From Candidatus Margulisiibacteriota bacterium (GTDB lineage Bacteria > Margulisbacteria > Termititenacia > Termititenacales > Termititenacaceae): a DNA stretch of 64,000 nucleotides. The stretch spans positions 1,194-65,193 of the forward strand of contig JAISQA010000077.1 in NCBI GenBank assembly GCA_031274525.1, read 5' to 3'. Positions 55,090-64,000 of this stretch are shown here, piece after piece. How positions within the stretch are numbered: position 1 is the stretch's first letter; each line of letters starts with the position of its first letter. The position numbers and the translations under genes were made by a program. The notes under the pieces are model-generated. The model saw only the letters and a list, made by a program, of their open reading frames with translations. It was not told where the DNA came from and ran no database searches.

Positions 55090-57930
55090 ATGGGCGAGGC
55101 CAAGAAATTTAAAGACACGCTTAATCTGCCGTGGACGGACTTTCCGATCCGTGCCGGTCTGGCCGCCAGAGAGCCGGAACTCCTGCAGGAAATGCAGGCC
55201 AAGGACCTGTACGGCCGGCTGCTAGCACAGAACCGGGCCGGCCCCCGGGCAATACTGCACGACGGGCCGCCGTATCCCAACGGCGATATTCATCTGGGAC
55301 ACGCCCTGAACAAAACACTCAAAGATATCGTCAATAAATATCTGGCCATGACCGGGCATTACACGCCCTATGTGCCGGGCTGGGACTGCCATGGCCTGCC
55401 CATCGAGACCCAGCTGCTCAAAGACCTGAGCAAAACCCGGACACCGGTGCCGGGAAAAACGGAATTCCGCGCAAAGTGCCGGGAATACGCGCTCGGCTAT
55501 GTAAACAAACAGCGCGCGCAATTTCAGCGGCTGGGCGTGCTGGCGGACTGGGAGCATCCTTATCTGACCCTCCAGCCGGAATACGAAGCCGAAGTCCTGC
55601 GGGTTTTCAAGGAGCTGGCGCTGGGCGGCTACGTCTACAAAGGCAATAAGCCCGTTCACTGGTGTCTGGAGTGCCAGACCGCGCTGGCCGAGGCGGAGAT
55701 TGAGTACGCCGCACACAGCTCCGCGTCTATCTATATGAAATTCCCGCTCACCGGGACACAAAAGACCGGGAAACAGCTTTACGCCGGGCCGGCGGCGGGC
55801 GGGACGGCCGGTCTGGCGGATCTTATTCCGCCGGGACATACCGCCAGTCTCATAGTCTGGACGACCACGCCCTGGACTCTGCCGGCCAATACCGCCGTCG
55901 CGGTCAATCCAGAGCTGCGCTACGCTGTAGCAGCCGTAAAGCCGGACGCTTCGCCTGCGCCCGGTGTCCGGAAAGACGAGCTCCTGGTGGTCGGCGAGCC
56001 GCTGGCCGCGCAGGTCTTTAAGGAGCTCGGCCTGACCTGCACCATTCGCGGCACGCTCTCCGGCCGCGAGCTGGAAGGCCTGATCTGCCGCCACCCGTTT
56101 ATTGACCGTCCGGCGCCGGTGGTCTGCGCGGAATACGTCACCGCCGGGGACGGCACGGGCTGCGTGCATATCGCGCCCGGACACGGTCAGGAAGACCATG
56201 CTGTCGGACTCAAATATGATCTGCCGGTGCTGATGCCGGTCGATGCCCGCGGGATCTTCACCGCGGAGGCCGGACAGTTTGCCGGGCTGAAAGTCACCGC
56301 CGCCGATCAGGCCGTCATCGCGCAGCTGCAGGCTGCCGGCTCCCTGCTCAAGGTCAAAAAACTCGAACACTCTTACCCGCACTGCTGGCGCTGCAAAAAG
56401 CCGGTGATCTTCCGCGCCACGCCGCAGTGGTTTGTCTCCATGGACAGGGAGGGCCGGCACGGCGGTATCCGCACGCAGGCTCTGGCCGCGATCCAGCACA
56501 AAGTAAAATGGATCCCCGACTGGGGACAGAACCGCATATACACGATGATCGAGAACCGCCCCGACTGGTGCATTTCCCGCCAGCGCTCCTGGGGCATACC
56601 GATACCGGTGTTTTACTGCGAGGAGTGCGGGGAGCCGCAGTTTGAGCCGCAGTTTTTCGACGCGGTGATCGAGCGCACGGCGCGGGACGGCCTGGACAGC
56701 TGGTTCAAGCTGCCGGCGGCGGAGATTCTGCCCGCGGGCTTGAGCTGCAAGTGCGGCGGGCAAAAATTCCGCAAAGAGACGGATATTCTGGATGTCTGGT
56801 TCGAGTCCGGCGCGTCACAGGCCGCGGTGCTGCGCTCCCGCCCCGAATTAAGCTGGCCGGCGGATCTCTATCTCGAAGGCTCCGATCAGCACCGGGGCTG
56901 GTTTCATTCCTCGCTGCTGGTATCTATCGGCTGCACCGGCGAGCCGCCGTACCGGGCGGTCCTGACCCACGGCTTCACCGTGGACGAAAAAGGCCGTAAA
57001 TTATCCAAATCCCTGGGCAATACCGTGGACATACTCCAGACTATCGGAACTTACGGTGCGGATGTGCTGCGTTTCTGGACAGCCTCTGTGGATTTTAAGA
57101 ATGATCTGGCTGCGTCGGATTCTATTTTCAAGCAGGTGCAGGAATGCTACGCCAAGATCCGTAACACCTGGCGTTTTTTGCTGTCCAACCTATATGACTA
57201 TAAGCCCGCGGGGCCGGGCGTCGAGGCGCCGCTCGACAAATGGATCATCTCGCGGCTGCAGGGGCTGGTCGCCGAGGCCAACGACGCCTATCAAAATTAT
57301 GATTATCACAAGCTCTGCCACCGCGCGCATGATTTCTGCGCCAATGAATTGTCCGCGCTGTATCTCGATCTGCAAAAAGACAATCTCTACTGCAACGCGC
57401 CGGACGCGCCGGAGCGCCGGAGCTGCCAGGCCGCACTGAAAATAATTCTGGTCACGCTGGTAAAGCTGCTCACGCCGGTTTTAAGCTACACCTGCGAGGA
57501 TATTTACAAATACATCAAGCAGGTCGCGCCGGACGAAAAGGCGGAGTTCGTCCTGCTGACCGCTATGCCGCAGGCCGATCCGGCGCTGGTCGATACGGAG
57601 CTGGAGGCCAGATATGAGCGGCTGCTAAAAATCCGCACCGAAGTATACAAAGTGCTGGAGGCCAGACGCGCGGAAAAAGTTCTGACTTCCTCGACCGAAG
57701 CGGAGATAGTGCTGACCGCGCCGGCCGGGCTGCTGGCCGGTATCACGCCCCGGGAACTGGAAACCTTTTTGATCGTCTCCAGCGTAAAGCTCCAGACCGG
57801 CGACCTGCACGTAGAGGTCAGCAAATCCGCCGGCGTCAAATGCCTGCGCTGCTGGAAGTTTTATCCGGAATTAAACAGCGACGGACTCTGCCCCCGCTGC
57901 GCGGCGGCGGTAACACAACAGAGCCTATAA
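55090..57930 (+). CDS. ileS: isoleucine--tRNA ligase
   Basis: KDTLNLPWTDFPIRAGL N-terminus, HIGH (PYPNGDIHLGHA), KMSKS (KLSKSLGN) and the C-terminal CxxC...CPRC zinc finger. Start ATG at 55090. The ORF track's TTG at 55069 is less likely. Confidence 0.95.
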   Translation: MGEAKKFKDTLNLPWTDFPIRAGLAAREPELLQEMQAKDLYGRLLAQNRAGPRAILHDGPPYPNGDIHLGHALNKTLKDIVNKYLAMTGHYTPYVPGWDCHGLPIETQLLKDLSKTRTPVPGKTEFRAKCREYALGYVNKQRAQFQRLGVLADWEHPYLTLQPEYEAEVLRVFKELALGGYVYKGNKPVHWCLECQTALAEAEIEYAAHSSASIYMKFPLTGTQKTGKQLYAGPAAGGTAGLADLIPPGHTASLIVWTTTPWTLPANTAVAVNPELRYAVAAVKPDASPAPGVRKDELLVVGEPLAAQVFKELGLTCTIRGTLSGRELEGLICRHPFIDRPAPVVCAEYVTAGDGTGCVHIAPGHGQEDHAVGLKYDLPVLMPVDARGIFTAEAGQFAGLKVTAADQAVIAQLQAAGSLLKVKKLEHSYPHCWRCKKPVIFRATPQWFVSMDREGRHGGIRTQALAAIQHKVKWIPDWGQNRIYTMIENRPDWCISRQRSWGIPIPVFYCEECGEPQFEPQFFDAVIERTARDGLDSWFKLPAAEILPAGLSCKCGGQKFRKETDILDVWFESGASQAAVLRSRPELSWPADLYLEGSDQHRGWFHSSLLVSIGCTGEPPYRAVLTHGFTVDEKGRKLSKSLGNTVDILQTIGTYGADVLRFWTASVDFKNDLAASDSIFKQVQECYAKIRNTWRFLLSNLYDYKPAGPGVEAPLDKWIISRLQGLVAEANDAYQNYDYHKLCHRAHDFCANELSALYLDLQKDNLYCNAPDAPERRSCQAALKIILVTLVKLLTPVLSYTCEDIYKYIKQVAPDEKAEFVLLTAMPQADPALVDTELEARYERLLKIRTEVYKVLEARRAEKVLTSSTEAEIVLTAPAGLLAGITPRELETFLIVSSVKLQTGDLHVEVSKSAGVKCLRCWKFYPELNSDGLCPRCAAAVTQQSL

Positions 57931-58599
57931 AGTAATAACGCCGGTTTTGGTCTGCGCCGCCAGCAGATAAAGCACAGCCCGCAGCTGCTCGATATTCCCC
58001 GGCCACTCGCGGCGGCTCAAGGCGATCAGGGTTTCCGGCGCCAAACCGTCCGCCTTATAGCCGTACTGCCGGTTAAGCTCTTCCAGCAGGTTCTGGCAAA
58101 TCTCCGCGAAATTTTCCCGCTCGCTCAAAGCCGGCAGATAAAGCTCTTTGCCCAGAATCAGGCGGTACAGGCCCTCGTCAAAACGGCCTTCCAGCACGGC
58201 GGGCCGCAGCCTGGCCGAGGCCAGAAAAATAAACTTCACATCCAGCGGATTATTGAGCAGCAGGAGCTTGAGCTGCTGCTGCACCGGCGCGGTGAAAAAA
58301 GCGCAGTCCCCGAAAACCGCATAACCGCCGACCGCAGCGTTGAGAAAAGAAATATCCTCCAGATCTTCCGGCTCCTGCAGATAACGCACCAGACAGGACT
58401 CCTCCGGCCAGACCGCGTCCCGGGACAGACAGGCGATCCGTCTGGCCACGGCTTCTTTTTCGGTGCCGCGCCCGCCGATGATCAGGATCCGGGGTTCACC
58501 GGCCGCGGACTGGATCTGCCGACCGAGCGCGGCCCGCTCCCCGCCGGTCAGCCAGAGTTCCAGGCCGCGCACCGTATCCAGCAGTAAAGGATTGATCAT
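57925..58599 (-). CDS. hypothetical protein with degenerate sigma-54-interaction (bEBP AAA+) domain features
   Basis: ILIIGGRGTEKEAVARRI resembles a Walker A but is not canonical. LYRLILGKELYLPALSEREN resembles the LYYRLNV..LPPLRER segment of sigma-54 activators. I see no GAFTGA motif and no HTH. Confidence 0.35.
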   Translation of the reverse strand: MINPLLLDTVRGLELWLTGGERAALGRQIQSAAGEPRILIIGGRGTEKEAVARRIACLSRDAVWPEESCLVRYLQEPEDLEDISFLNAAVGGYAVFGDCAFFTAPVQQQLKLLLLNNPLDVKFIFLASARLRPAVLEGRFDEGLYRLILGKELYLPALSERENFAEICQNLLEELNRQYGYKADGLAPETLIALSRREWPGNIEQLRAVLYLLAAQTKTGVITL

Positions 58600-58641
58600 T
58601 TTAGAATTTTACCACGAACCCGGAATATAGTATTATCTAGC

Positions 58642-59217
58642 GTGGTCATGTGTAAAAAATATTTATTATTATTACTTATCCTGCTCTGCACTCTGGCCCT
58701 GACCGGATTCAAGCCCTGGGACGCGCTGCGCAACGCCCTGCGTTTTGGCGAGGTCACGGAATTTGATTACAGCGTGTCCGCCCTGCAGTGGCTGCCGGAA
58801 ATCCAGCAAAAAGCTAAAGAGTGGCGCGCCGACGCCTATCTTTTTGCCATTCTGGAATCCGAGATCGATCTGAACGGCAACAGCGGCAAATGGACGTATC
58901 TTTTTTATTCGCCCGGCTCCGGTAAATCGCTGCAATATATTTACGACTCCGGTTTTATCGCCCAAAAAGAAACCGTGGTTTCGCCGCTCAATCCGGTGTA
59001 CAGCCTGCGCATCGACACGCCGACCGCCCTGTACCGCGCCACAGAGGCAGCCAGAGGTTTTACGGGAAGTAATGAAATCACCGCCCGGGTCATTTCGCTG
59101 ATCGGCCCGCCTTACGACAGCCGGCAGACGATCAGCCGCTGGCAGGTGGTTTTTCACGGCCTGAACGGCACGCACCGCGTCAATATCAACGCCACCACCG
59201 GCGCGGTAATACCCTGA
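58642..59217 (+). CDS. secreted hypothetical protein
   Basis: N-terminal hydrophobic signal (KKYLLLLLILLCTLALTG). No recognisable family. Confidence 0.4.
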   Translation: MVMCKKYLLLLLILLCTLALTGFKPWDALRNALRFGEVTEFDYSVSALQWLPEIQQKAKEWRADAYLFAILESEIDLNGNSGKWTYLFYSPGSGKSLQYIYDSGFIAQKETVVSPLNPVYSLRIDTPTALYRATEAARGFTGSNEITARVISLIGPPYDSRQTISRWQVVFHGLNGTHRVNINATTGAVIP

Positions 59218-59244
59218 AAGACCGACCAAATATATTTTCTGCGC

Positions 59245-60489
59245 TTATTCGTCCCGATTATCGATAGCGCGGGAGAGTTTATATTTACGAAAGAGAGCGC
59301 CGGCCAGATGAAAAGAACCGGCCGCCGCGGCGACACCGTGCAGTTTTTGGGCTTCCCGGCCGGCCAGCGCGCAGGCCAGCGCGATATCCGGCTGGCAGAC
59401 TGCTTTGAGCCCTGCCGCCTGCGCGGCCTGCGTTATCTCCCGCGCGGTATAAGCCTCCGCCGCCGGCAGAGATACGGCGATCAGCAAAGCCAGACGCGGC
59501 CGCAAAACCTCCAGAATTTTGGCCAGATTTTTTCTGCGCAGCAGGCCCAGCACCAGCACCTGGGGCTTAAAAGGATATTCCTGCGCCAAAACTGTGCTCA
59601 AGTTTTGCAGAGCCTGCGGATTGTGCGCCACATCGATAAAAAACGGCGGGCTGTTCCGCCACAGCTGGACACGGCCGGGCAGGCGCGTTTTCTGAATACC
59701 GTTGAGAATGAGCCGCCGGGGGATATAAAAATTTTTGGTCAAAAGCAGGCGCATCGCTTCCAGCACCAGCGCCGCATTGCAGGTCTGCTGCGCCCCGTGC
59801 AGCGCGAGCTGGAATTGCAGCGGACGATTGACGAACTTAATTTCTGTCTCGCACTGCTCTGCTCTGCGCATGAGCTCGGCCAGCGCTTCCGGCTCCTGCG
59901 CGGCGGAAGCGACCGGAACGCCGGGTTTGATAATGCCGGCTTTTTCGCGCGCGATCCCGGCCAGGCTCCGCCCCAGCACCGCCTCGTGGTCATAGGCGAT
60001 CGGCGTGATAATAGCCAGTATTGACCGGCAGACATTGGTCGCGTCGTACAGCCCGCCCAGACCCACTTCCAGGACGGCGACATCGACTTTGTTTTCCTGA
60101 AAATAGACAAAAGCCATGGCGGTCAGTATTTCAAATTCAGTCACACCCCGCACCGCGCGCGCGGCCCTGTCCACCCGGGCAAAAATCCGGGCAAAGTCCG
60201 CCCGGGAAATCTCTGCGCCGTCTAATAAAAACCGCTCGGTATACTCGACCAGATGCGGCGAGAGATACGTGCCCACCCGGTAATCACATTCCCGCAGCAC
60301 ATTGGTCGTCAGCAAAGTGACCGAACCTTTGCCGTTGGTGCCGGCGACATGAATAACCGGCAGAGCGGCCTGCGGAGCGCCCAGCAGAGACAATAATTTG
60401 GTAATGCGCTGCAAACCGGGTTTGACACCGGCCAGGCGGACATAGCTTTCCAGTTTATGGACAGCCCGGGTATACTGCATTTTTTTCAA
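59245..60489 (-). CDS. folC: bifunctional folylpolyglutamate synthase/dihydrofolate synthase
   Basis: Mur-ligase ATP-binding GTNGKGS, the central domain and the C-terminal domain. Length 414 aa. Confidence 0.85.
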   Translation of the reverse strand: MKKMQYTRAVHKLESYVRLAGVKPGLQRITKLLSLLGAPQAALPVIHVAGTNGKGSVTLLTTNVLRECDYRVGTYLSPHLVEYTERFLLDGAEISRADFARIFARVDRAARAVRGVTEFEILTAMAFVYFQENKVDVAVLEVGLGGLYDATNVCRSILAIITPIAYDHEAVLGRSLAGIAREKAGIIKPGVPVASAAQEPEALAELMRRAEQCETEIKFVNRPLQFQLALHGAQQTCNAALVLEAMRLLLTKNFYIPRRLILNGIQKTRLPGRVQLWRNSPPFFIDVAHNPQALQNLSTVLAQEYPFKPQVLVLGLLRRKNLAKILEVLRPRLALLIAVSLPAAEAYTAREITQAAQAAGLKAVCQPDIALACALAGREAQKLHGVAAAAGSFHLAGALFRKYKLSRAIDNRDE

Positions 60490-61169
60490 GGGCGCGCGTA
60501 TTTTAAATTGTCCGTGAGCGAGCGGGTAGTCCGGCCGATATGTTTGACCATGACCTGCACCGCGGCCTCCGCCGTATCTACGACCGTAAAAATAGTCATA
60601 TCGATCTTTTCGATCAGGCCGGCCTGCAGAATATGCCCGCGAAAATAACTGATGAGCGGCAGCCAGAAACTGGAGCCGACCAAAACCACCGGGATTTTTT
60701 TTATCTTGCCGGTCTGGATCAGGGTCATCACTTCAAAAAACTCATCCATGGTGCCGTAGCCGCCGGGCAGAATAATCACGCCTTTGGCATATTTGACGAA
60801 CATCACTTTGCGGATAAAAAAGTAATGAAAATTTTTGAGGTGGCTCAAAAAAGGATTGGGCGCCTGCTCATAAGGCAGCTCGATATTCAGACCGATAGAG
60901 CGGCCTTTTTTGCGACTTCTGGCCTGAAAGGCGCCTTTATTCGCCGCTTCCATAATGCCCGGCCCGCCGCCGGTGATCACCGAAATGCCTCTGGCCGCCA
61001 GCAGCCGGCCGATCTGCTCGCCGATTTTATAATATTTGGTGTCCGGCTTGAGCCGGGACGAGCCAAAAACCGACACAGAGGTACCGGCGCTGGCCATGAA
61101 CTGAATGGATTCGATAAACTCGGCCAGCACGCGCAGGACGCGCCACTGCTCGGTCATAAAATTTGCCAT
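60486..61169 (-). CDS. LOG-family protein (TIGR00730 Rossmann-fold nucleotide-binding, cytokinin riboside 5'-monophosphate phosphoribohydrolase-like)
   Basis: VFGSSR, GGGPGIMEAANKGA and PGGYGTMDE motifs. Confidence 0.8.
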   Translation of the reverse strand: MANFMTEQWRVLRVLAEFIESIQFMASAGTSVSVFGSSRLKPDTKYYKIGEQIGRLLAARGISVITGGGPGIMEAANKGAFQARSRKKGRSIGLNIELPYEQAPNPFLSHLKNFHYFFIRKVMFVKYAKGVIILPGGYGTMDEFFEVMTLIQTGKIKKIPVVLVGSSFWLPLISYFRGHILQAGLIEKIDMTIFTVVDTAEAAVQVMVKHIGRTTRSLTDNLKYARP

Positions 61170-61186
61170 GAGTCAGCCCCCGCAGT

Positions 61187-63058
61187 TTAAACCGGCACAT
61201 TATAGCAGAAACGGCGCGCCAGCGTCTCCGCATCCAGACCGCAGAGTTTGTGCAATTGCGCGATAGTCCCGCCTTCCACAAAATCCGGCGGTATGCCGAG
61301 GATAGTCTGCGGCACAGAGATATTCAGCCCGGACAGAGCTTCCGCCACCGCCGCGCCAAATCCGCCGCGGATAGAATTTTCCTCGACAGTGATCAGCCGT
61401 TTGGCCCGGCCGGCGGTCTGGCGCAGCAGGTCTGTGTCCAGCGGCGCCACGAACCGGGCATTGACGACGCAGATATCTTTTTGTGCAAGCCGCGCGGCCT
61501 GCACCGCCGGCGCGACCATGGAGCCCACCGCCCAGACCGCCGTCTCCGCTCCGGCCGCGCCATAGACCAGCTCCGCCCGGCCCAGCTCCAGCGGCCGCGC
61601 CTCCCGCTCCGGCTCCAGAAACAAAGCCGGGCCGCGCGGATAGCGGACGGCAAATAATTTTCCGCAGGCCAGCCCCAGCCGGATCAAATCTTTGAGTTCA
61701 TTGCCGTCCTGCGGTGCGGCCAGCACCAGCCCCGGCACCGTCCGCAAAAAAGCCAGATCAAAAACGCCGTGATGCGTGGGGCCGTCCTCGCCGACCAGTC
61801 CGGCGCGGTCGACAGCCAAAAAGAGCGGCAGTTTCTGCAAAGCCGCGTCGTGGATGATCTGGTCATAAGCCCGCTGCAAAAACGTGGAGTAAATCGCCAC
61901 CACCGGCCGCAAACCCTGTATGGCCAGACCGGCGGCAAAAGTCACCGCATGCGCTTCGGCAATACCCACGTCAAAAAAACGCGCCGGGTATTTTTCCGCA
62001 AAAGGCGTCAGGCCCGTGCCGTCGCCCATGGCCGCCGTGACCGCGCAGAGTTTTACATCCTGTTCCGCGCAGGCCAGCAGTTCCGCGCCAAAGACTTTAG
62101 TGTAAGTTTTTTCACTTTCTTCCAGTGCGCCGGTCTGCAGATCAAACCCGGACACGCCGTGAAAGCGGGAGGGTTCGGCTTCCGCCGGCGCAAATCCCCG
62201 GCCTTTCTGCGTGAGAACATGCAGGAGCACCGGGCGGTCATAATTTTTGGCGTATTTAATCGCCGCCATCAGGAGCGAAATATTGTGGCCGTCCAGCGGG
62301 CCAAAATAAGTAAAACCTAAATCCTGAAAAAATCCGGCTTTTTGATTTTTGGCCAGCTCCTGAATGAGCAGACCGCCGGTGCGTTTGAGCAGTTTGTCCA
62401 CCGCGTTGCGCAGGGGTCGGCCGATCCGGGGCACCAGACCGATCATAAATTCCGTCTGTTTTTTTAAACCCTGATACAGATTGGAAAGCCGCAGATTGGT
62501 GATCATGCGTGCCAGCGCGCCCACCGGCCTGGCGATAGACATGCCGTTGTCATTGAGAATGACCACGAATTTGCGCAAATGCTGCACATTGTTCAACGCT
62601 TCGAAAATCATGCCGCCGGAAAAAGAACCATCGCCCACCACCGCCAGCACCGCAAAATCCTCCCGCTGGATATCCCGCGCTCTGGCAATGCCCGCCGCCG
62701 CCGAGACCGAGGTCGAAGCGTGGCCGACCGTCAAAGGATCGTACTCCGACTCCTCGCGGTTAGGGAACCCGGACAGGCCTTTGTATTTGCGGATAGTGCC
62801 TATCCGGTCCAGCCGTCCGGTCAGGATTTTGTGCGCATAAGCTTGATGTCCGACATCCCAGAGAAGCCTGTCTTTGGGCGTGTCCAGCGCGGCATGCAGC
62901 GCGATCGCCAGCTCCACCGCGCCCAGCGACGCCGCCAGATGACCGCCGTTCGCGGCCACGGTCTCGATAATTTTCCGGCGGATATCCGCGGCCAGACTGT
63001 TCAGCTCGCTCAAACTGTATTTTTTCAAATCCCCGGTGTTGGCATACTGCTCCAGCAT
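61187..63058 (-). CDS. dxs: 1-deoxy-D-xylulose-5-phosphate synthase
   Basis: TPP-binding GDGSFSGGM..N, GHASTSVSAA and the transketolase-like pyrimidine and C-terminal domains. Length 623 aa. Confidence 0.95.
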   Translation of the reverse strand: MLEQYANTGDLKKYSLSELNSLAADIRRKIIETVAANGGHLAASLGAVELAIALHAALDTPKDRLLWDVGHQAYAHKILTGRLDRIGTIRKYKGLSGFPNREESEYDPLTVGHASTSVSAAAGIARARDIQREDFAVLAVVGDGSFSGGMIFEALNNVQHLRKFVVILNDNGMSIARPVGALARMITNLRLSNLYQGLKKQTEFMIGLVPRIGRPLRNAVDKLLKRTGGLLIQELAKNQKAGFFQDLGFTYFGPLDGHNISLLMAAIKYAKNYDRPVLLHVLTQKGRGFAPAEAEPSRFHGVSGFDLQTGALEESEKTYTKVFGAELLACAEQDVKLCAVTAAMGDGTGLTPFAEKYPARFFDVGIAEAHAVTFAAGLAIQGLRPVVAIYSTFLQRAYDQIIHDAALQKLPLFLAVDRAGLVGEDGPTHHGVFDLAFLRTVPGLVLAAPQDGNELKDLIRLGLACGKLFAVRYPRGPALFLEPEREARPLELGRAELVYGAAGAETAVWAVGSMVAPAVQAARLAQKDICVVNARFVAPLDTDLLRQTAGRAKRLITVEENSIRGGFGAAVAEALSGLNISVPQTILGIPPDFVEGGTIAQLHKLCGLDAETLARRFCYNVPV

Positions 63059-63071
63059 ACGCTAAACCCGC

Positions 63072-63557
63072 TTACACATTGAACATGAAATGATAGCCGA
63101 AGGCCAGAAAAATACCCAGCAACGCGCCGAAAAAAACTTCCAGCGGCGTATGGCCGAGCAGCTCTTTCAAGCGCATTTCGTTAATTCTTTTTCCGGTGAA
63201 AAGGTCTGCCATGAGCATATTGAGAATCCGGGCCTGCTTGCCCGCCGCGCGCCGCACGCCCGCCGCATCATACATCACGATGACCGCAAAAATCAGGGCA
63301 ATAGCAAAAACCTGGGAGTCCCAGCCGGCGCCATAGCCGATCGAAGCCGTCAGGGACATCACCATCGCCGTGTGCGAGCTGGGCATGCCGCTCGGCTGGA
63401 TCAACAGGCGGAAATTAAATTTCCGGTGTCTGAGATAATAAAAAAATATTTTCAGCACCTGCGCCGCGACCATCGCCAGCACCGCGATGCGGATATGTTC
63501 GTTGAGCGTGATCCCGTAGATCATCTCCAGAAATCTGGCGTAAATTCTCACCAGCAT
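63072..63557 (-). CDS. divergent PAP2/DUF212-family membrane protein (YuiD-like)
   Basis: SGMPSSHTA motif and four hydrophobic helices. Length 161 aa. Confidence 0.6.
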   Translation of the reverse strand: MLVRIYARFLEMIYGITLNEHIRIAVLAMVAAQVLKIFFYYLRHRKFNFRLLIQPSGMPSSHTAMVMSLTASIGYGAGWDSQVFAIALIFAVIVMYDAAGVRRAAGKQARILNMLMADLFTGKRINEMRLKELLGHTPLEVFFGALLGIFLAFGYHFMFNV

Positions 63558-64000
63558 TAGTTTTTCCTTTCCAGTAAATAACGCGCGATATCCAGCAGGC
63601 GGTTGCGCGCGCCGAAAAATTCCGCCGCTTCATAGGCTTTGGACATCTCCTGCCGCAGCAGCTCTCTGGCTTTGTCCAGCCCCAGCAAAGTCACATAGGT
63701 GTTTTTCTGTTGATCCAGATCTTTACCCGGCGTCTTGCCCAGACTCTCCGCCGTGCCTTCCACATCCAGAATATCGTCCTTGATCTGAAAAGCCAGCCCC
63801 ACCGCCTCGGCGTATTGATTGAGCGCCTGCCGCTGCGGCTTGGCGGTCTCCGCCACATACAGCGGAGCCAGCACCGCGTATTTGAGCAAAGCGCCGGTCT
63901 TGCGCTCGTGCATTTTTTGCAGATCCGGCAGAGCCAGCGCCGCGCCGGAGAGATCGGTCATCTGCCCGCCGGCCATGCCGTATATGCCGGAAGCCCGGCT
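63557..64000 (-). CDS. ispA: polyprenyl (farnesyl/geranylgeranyl) diphosphate synthase, C-terminal part (gene continues beyond window end)
   Basis: Second aspartate-rich motif FQIKDDILD and the conserved KTGALL...GK..GKDL region. The N-terminus lies outside the window. Confidence 0.8.
   Translation of the reverse strand, partial: SRASGIYGMAGGQMTDLSGAALALPDLQKMHERKTGALLKYAVLAPLYVAETAKPQRQALNQYAEAVGLAFQIKDDILDVEGTAESLGKTPGKDLDQQKNTYVTLLGLDKARELLRQEMSKAYEAAEFFGARNRLLDIARYLLERKN

Noticed and set aside
55222-56763. 513-aa minus-strand ORF inside ileS
   Set aside because: It is antisense to an unambiguous IleS (HIGH/KMSKS). Its Arg/Ala/Gly-rich composition is typical of GC-rich antisense frames.
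1-64000. CRISPR arrays, rRNA genes, transposases or integrases
   Set aside because: No arrays of regularly spaced direct repeats, no 16S/23S/5S signatures, and no DDE or tyrosine recombinase motifs were seen on either strand.

Overview
This 64-kb window has about 60% GC and very dense coding, mostly on the minus strand. It looks like chromosomal DNA from an uncultivated anaerobe. It carries the Firmicutes-type gene order rimO-pgsA-cinA-recA-rny-(insert)-ymdB plus yhaM.

Housekeeping genes I recognise:
- nfnAB-like oxidoreductase pair
- efp, rpiB, recA, rny, ymdB, yhaM
- purU, dapB, relA/spoT, asd
- phosphohexomutase, ctpA, an M23 peptidase, ftsB/divIC
- ileS, folC, a LOG-family gene, dxs
- the 3' part of ispA

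RNA genes:
- tRNA-Gly(GCC) on the plus strand at 15708..15783
- tRNA-Leu(UAA) on the minus strand at 52331..52418
- a compact RNase P RNA (rnpB) on the minus strand at about 47465..47792

Several low-GC accessory patches sit inside this backbone:
1. About 2.5-5.1 kb: a phage tail-collar domain protein, an XRE HTH regulator and a DUF3800 protein.
2. About 15.8-22.8 kb: a 7-kb AT-rich island immediately 3' of tRNA-Gly. It encodes an MmeI-like type IIG restriction-modification enzyme, a translationally coupled membrane/zinc-ribbon protein, a DUF1016/YhcG nuclease, a MORN/YwqK-repeat protein and a NucS-like nuclease with a distinctive C-terminal domain. That C-terminal domain is also found on a Bro-N protein wedged next to rimO at 33.7 kb.
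3. 28.0-28.6 kb: an AT-rich orphan gene inserted between rny and ymdB.

Other notable items:
- A 1903-aa cytoplasmic protein (8907..14618) has two GT2 glycosyltransferase modules and a protein-kinase-like motif set. It carries an in-frame 14-G homopolymer. It lies just upstream of a Cys-rich mini-ORF that is ATGA-coupled to an efp with an atypical loop.
- A perfect 29-bp direct repeat of the tRNA-Leu 3' end plus flank (att-like scar) sits 162 bp apart between tRNA-Leu and the M23 peptidase gene.
- Palindromic operator candidates lie upstream of a small RHH gene and at the start of a DUF4143 ATPase gene.
- A structured repeat module lies 3' of rnpB.
- There is a degenerate sigma-54-activator-like protein and a pair of secreted paralogues.

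I found no CRISPR array, rRNA, transposase or integrase. Many long plus-strand ORFs in the supplied ORF track are antisense artefacts of the GC-rich minus-strand genes and were not called.
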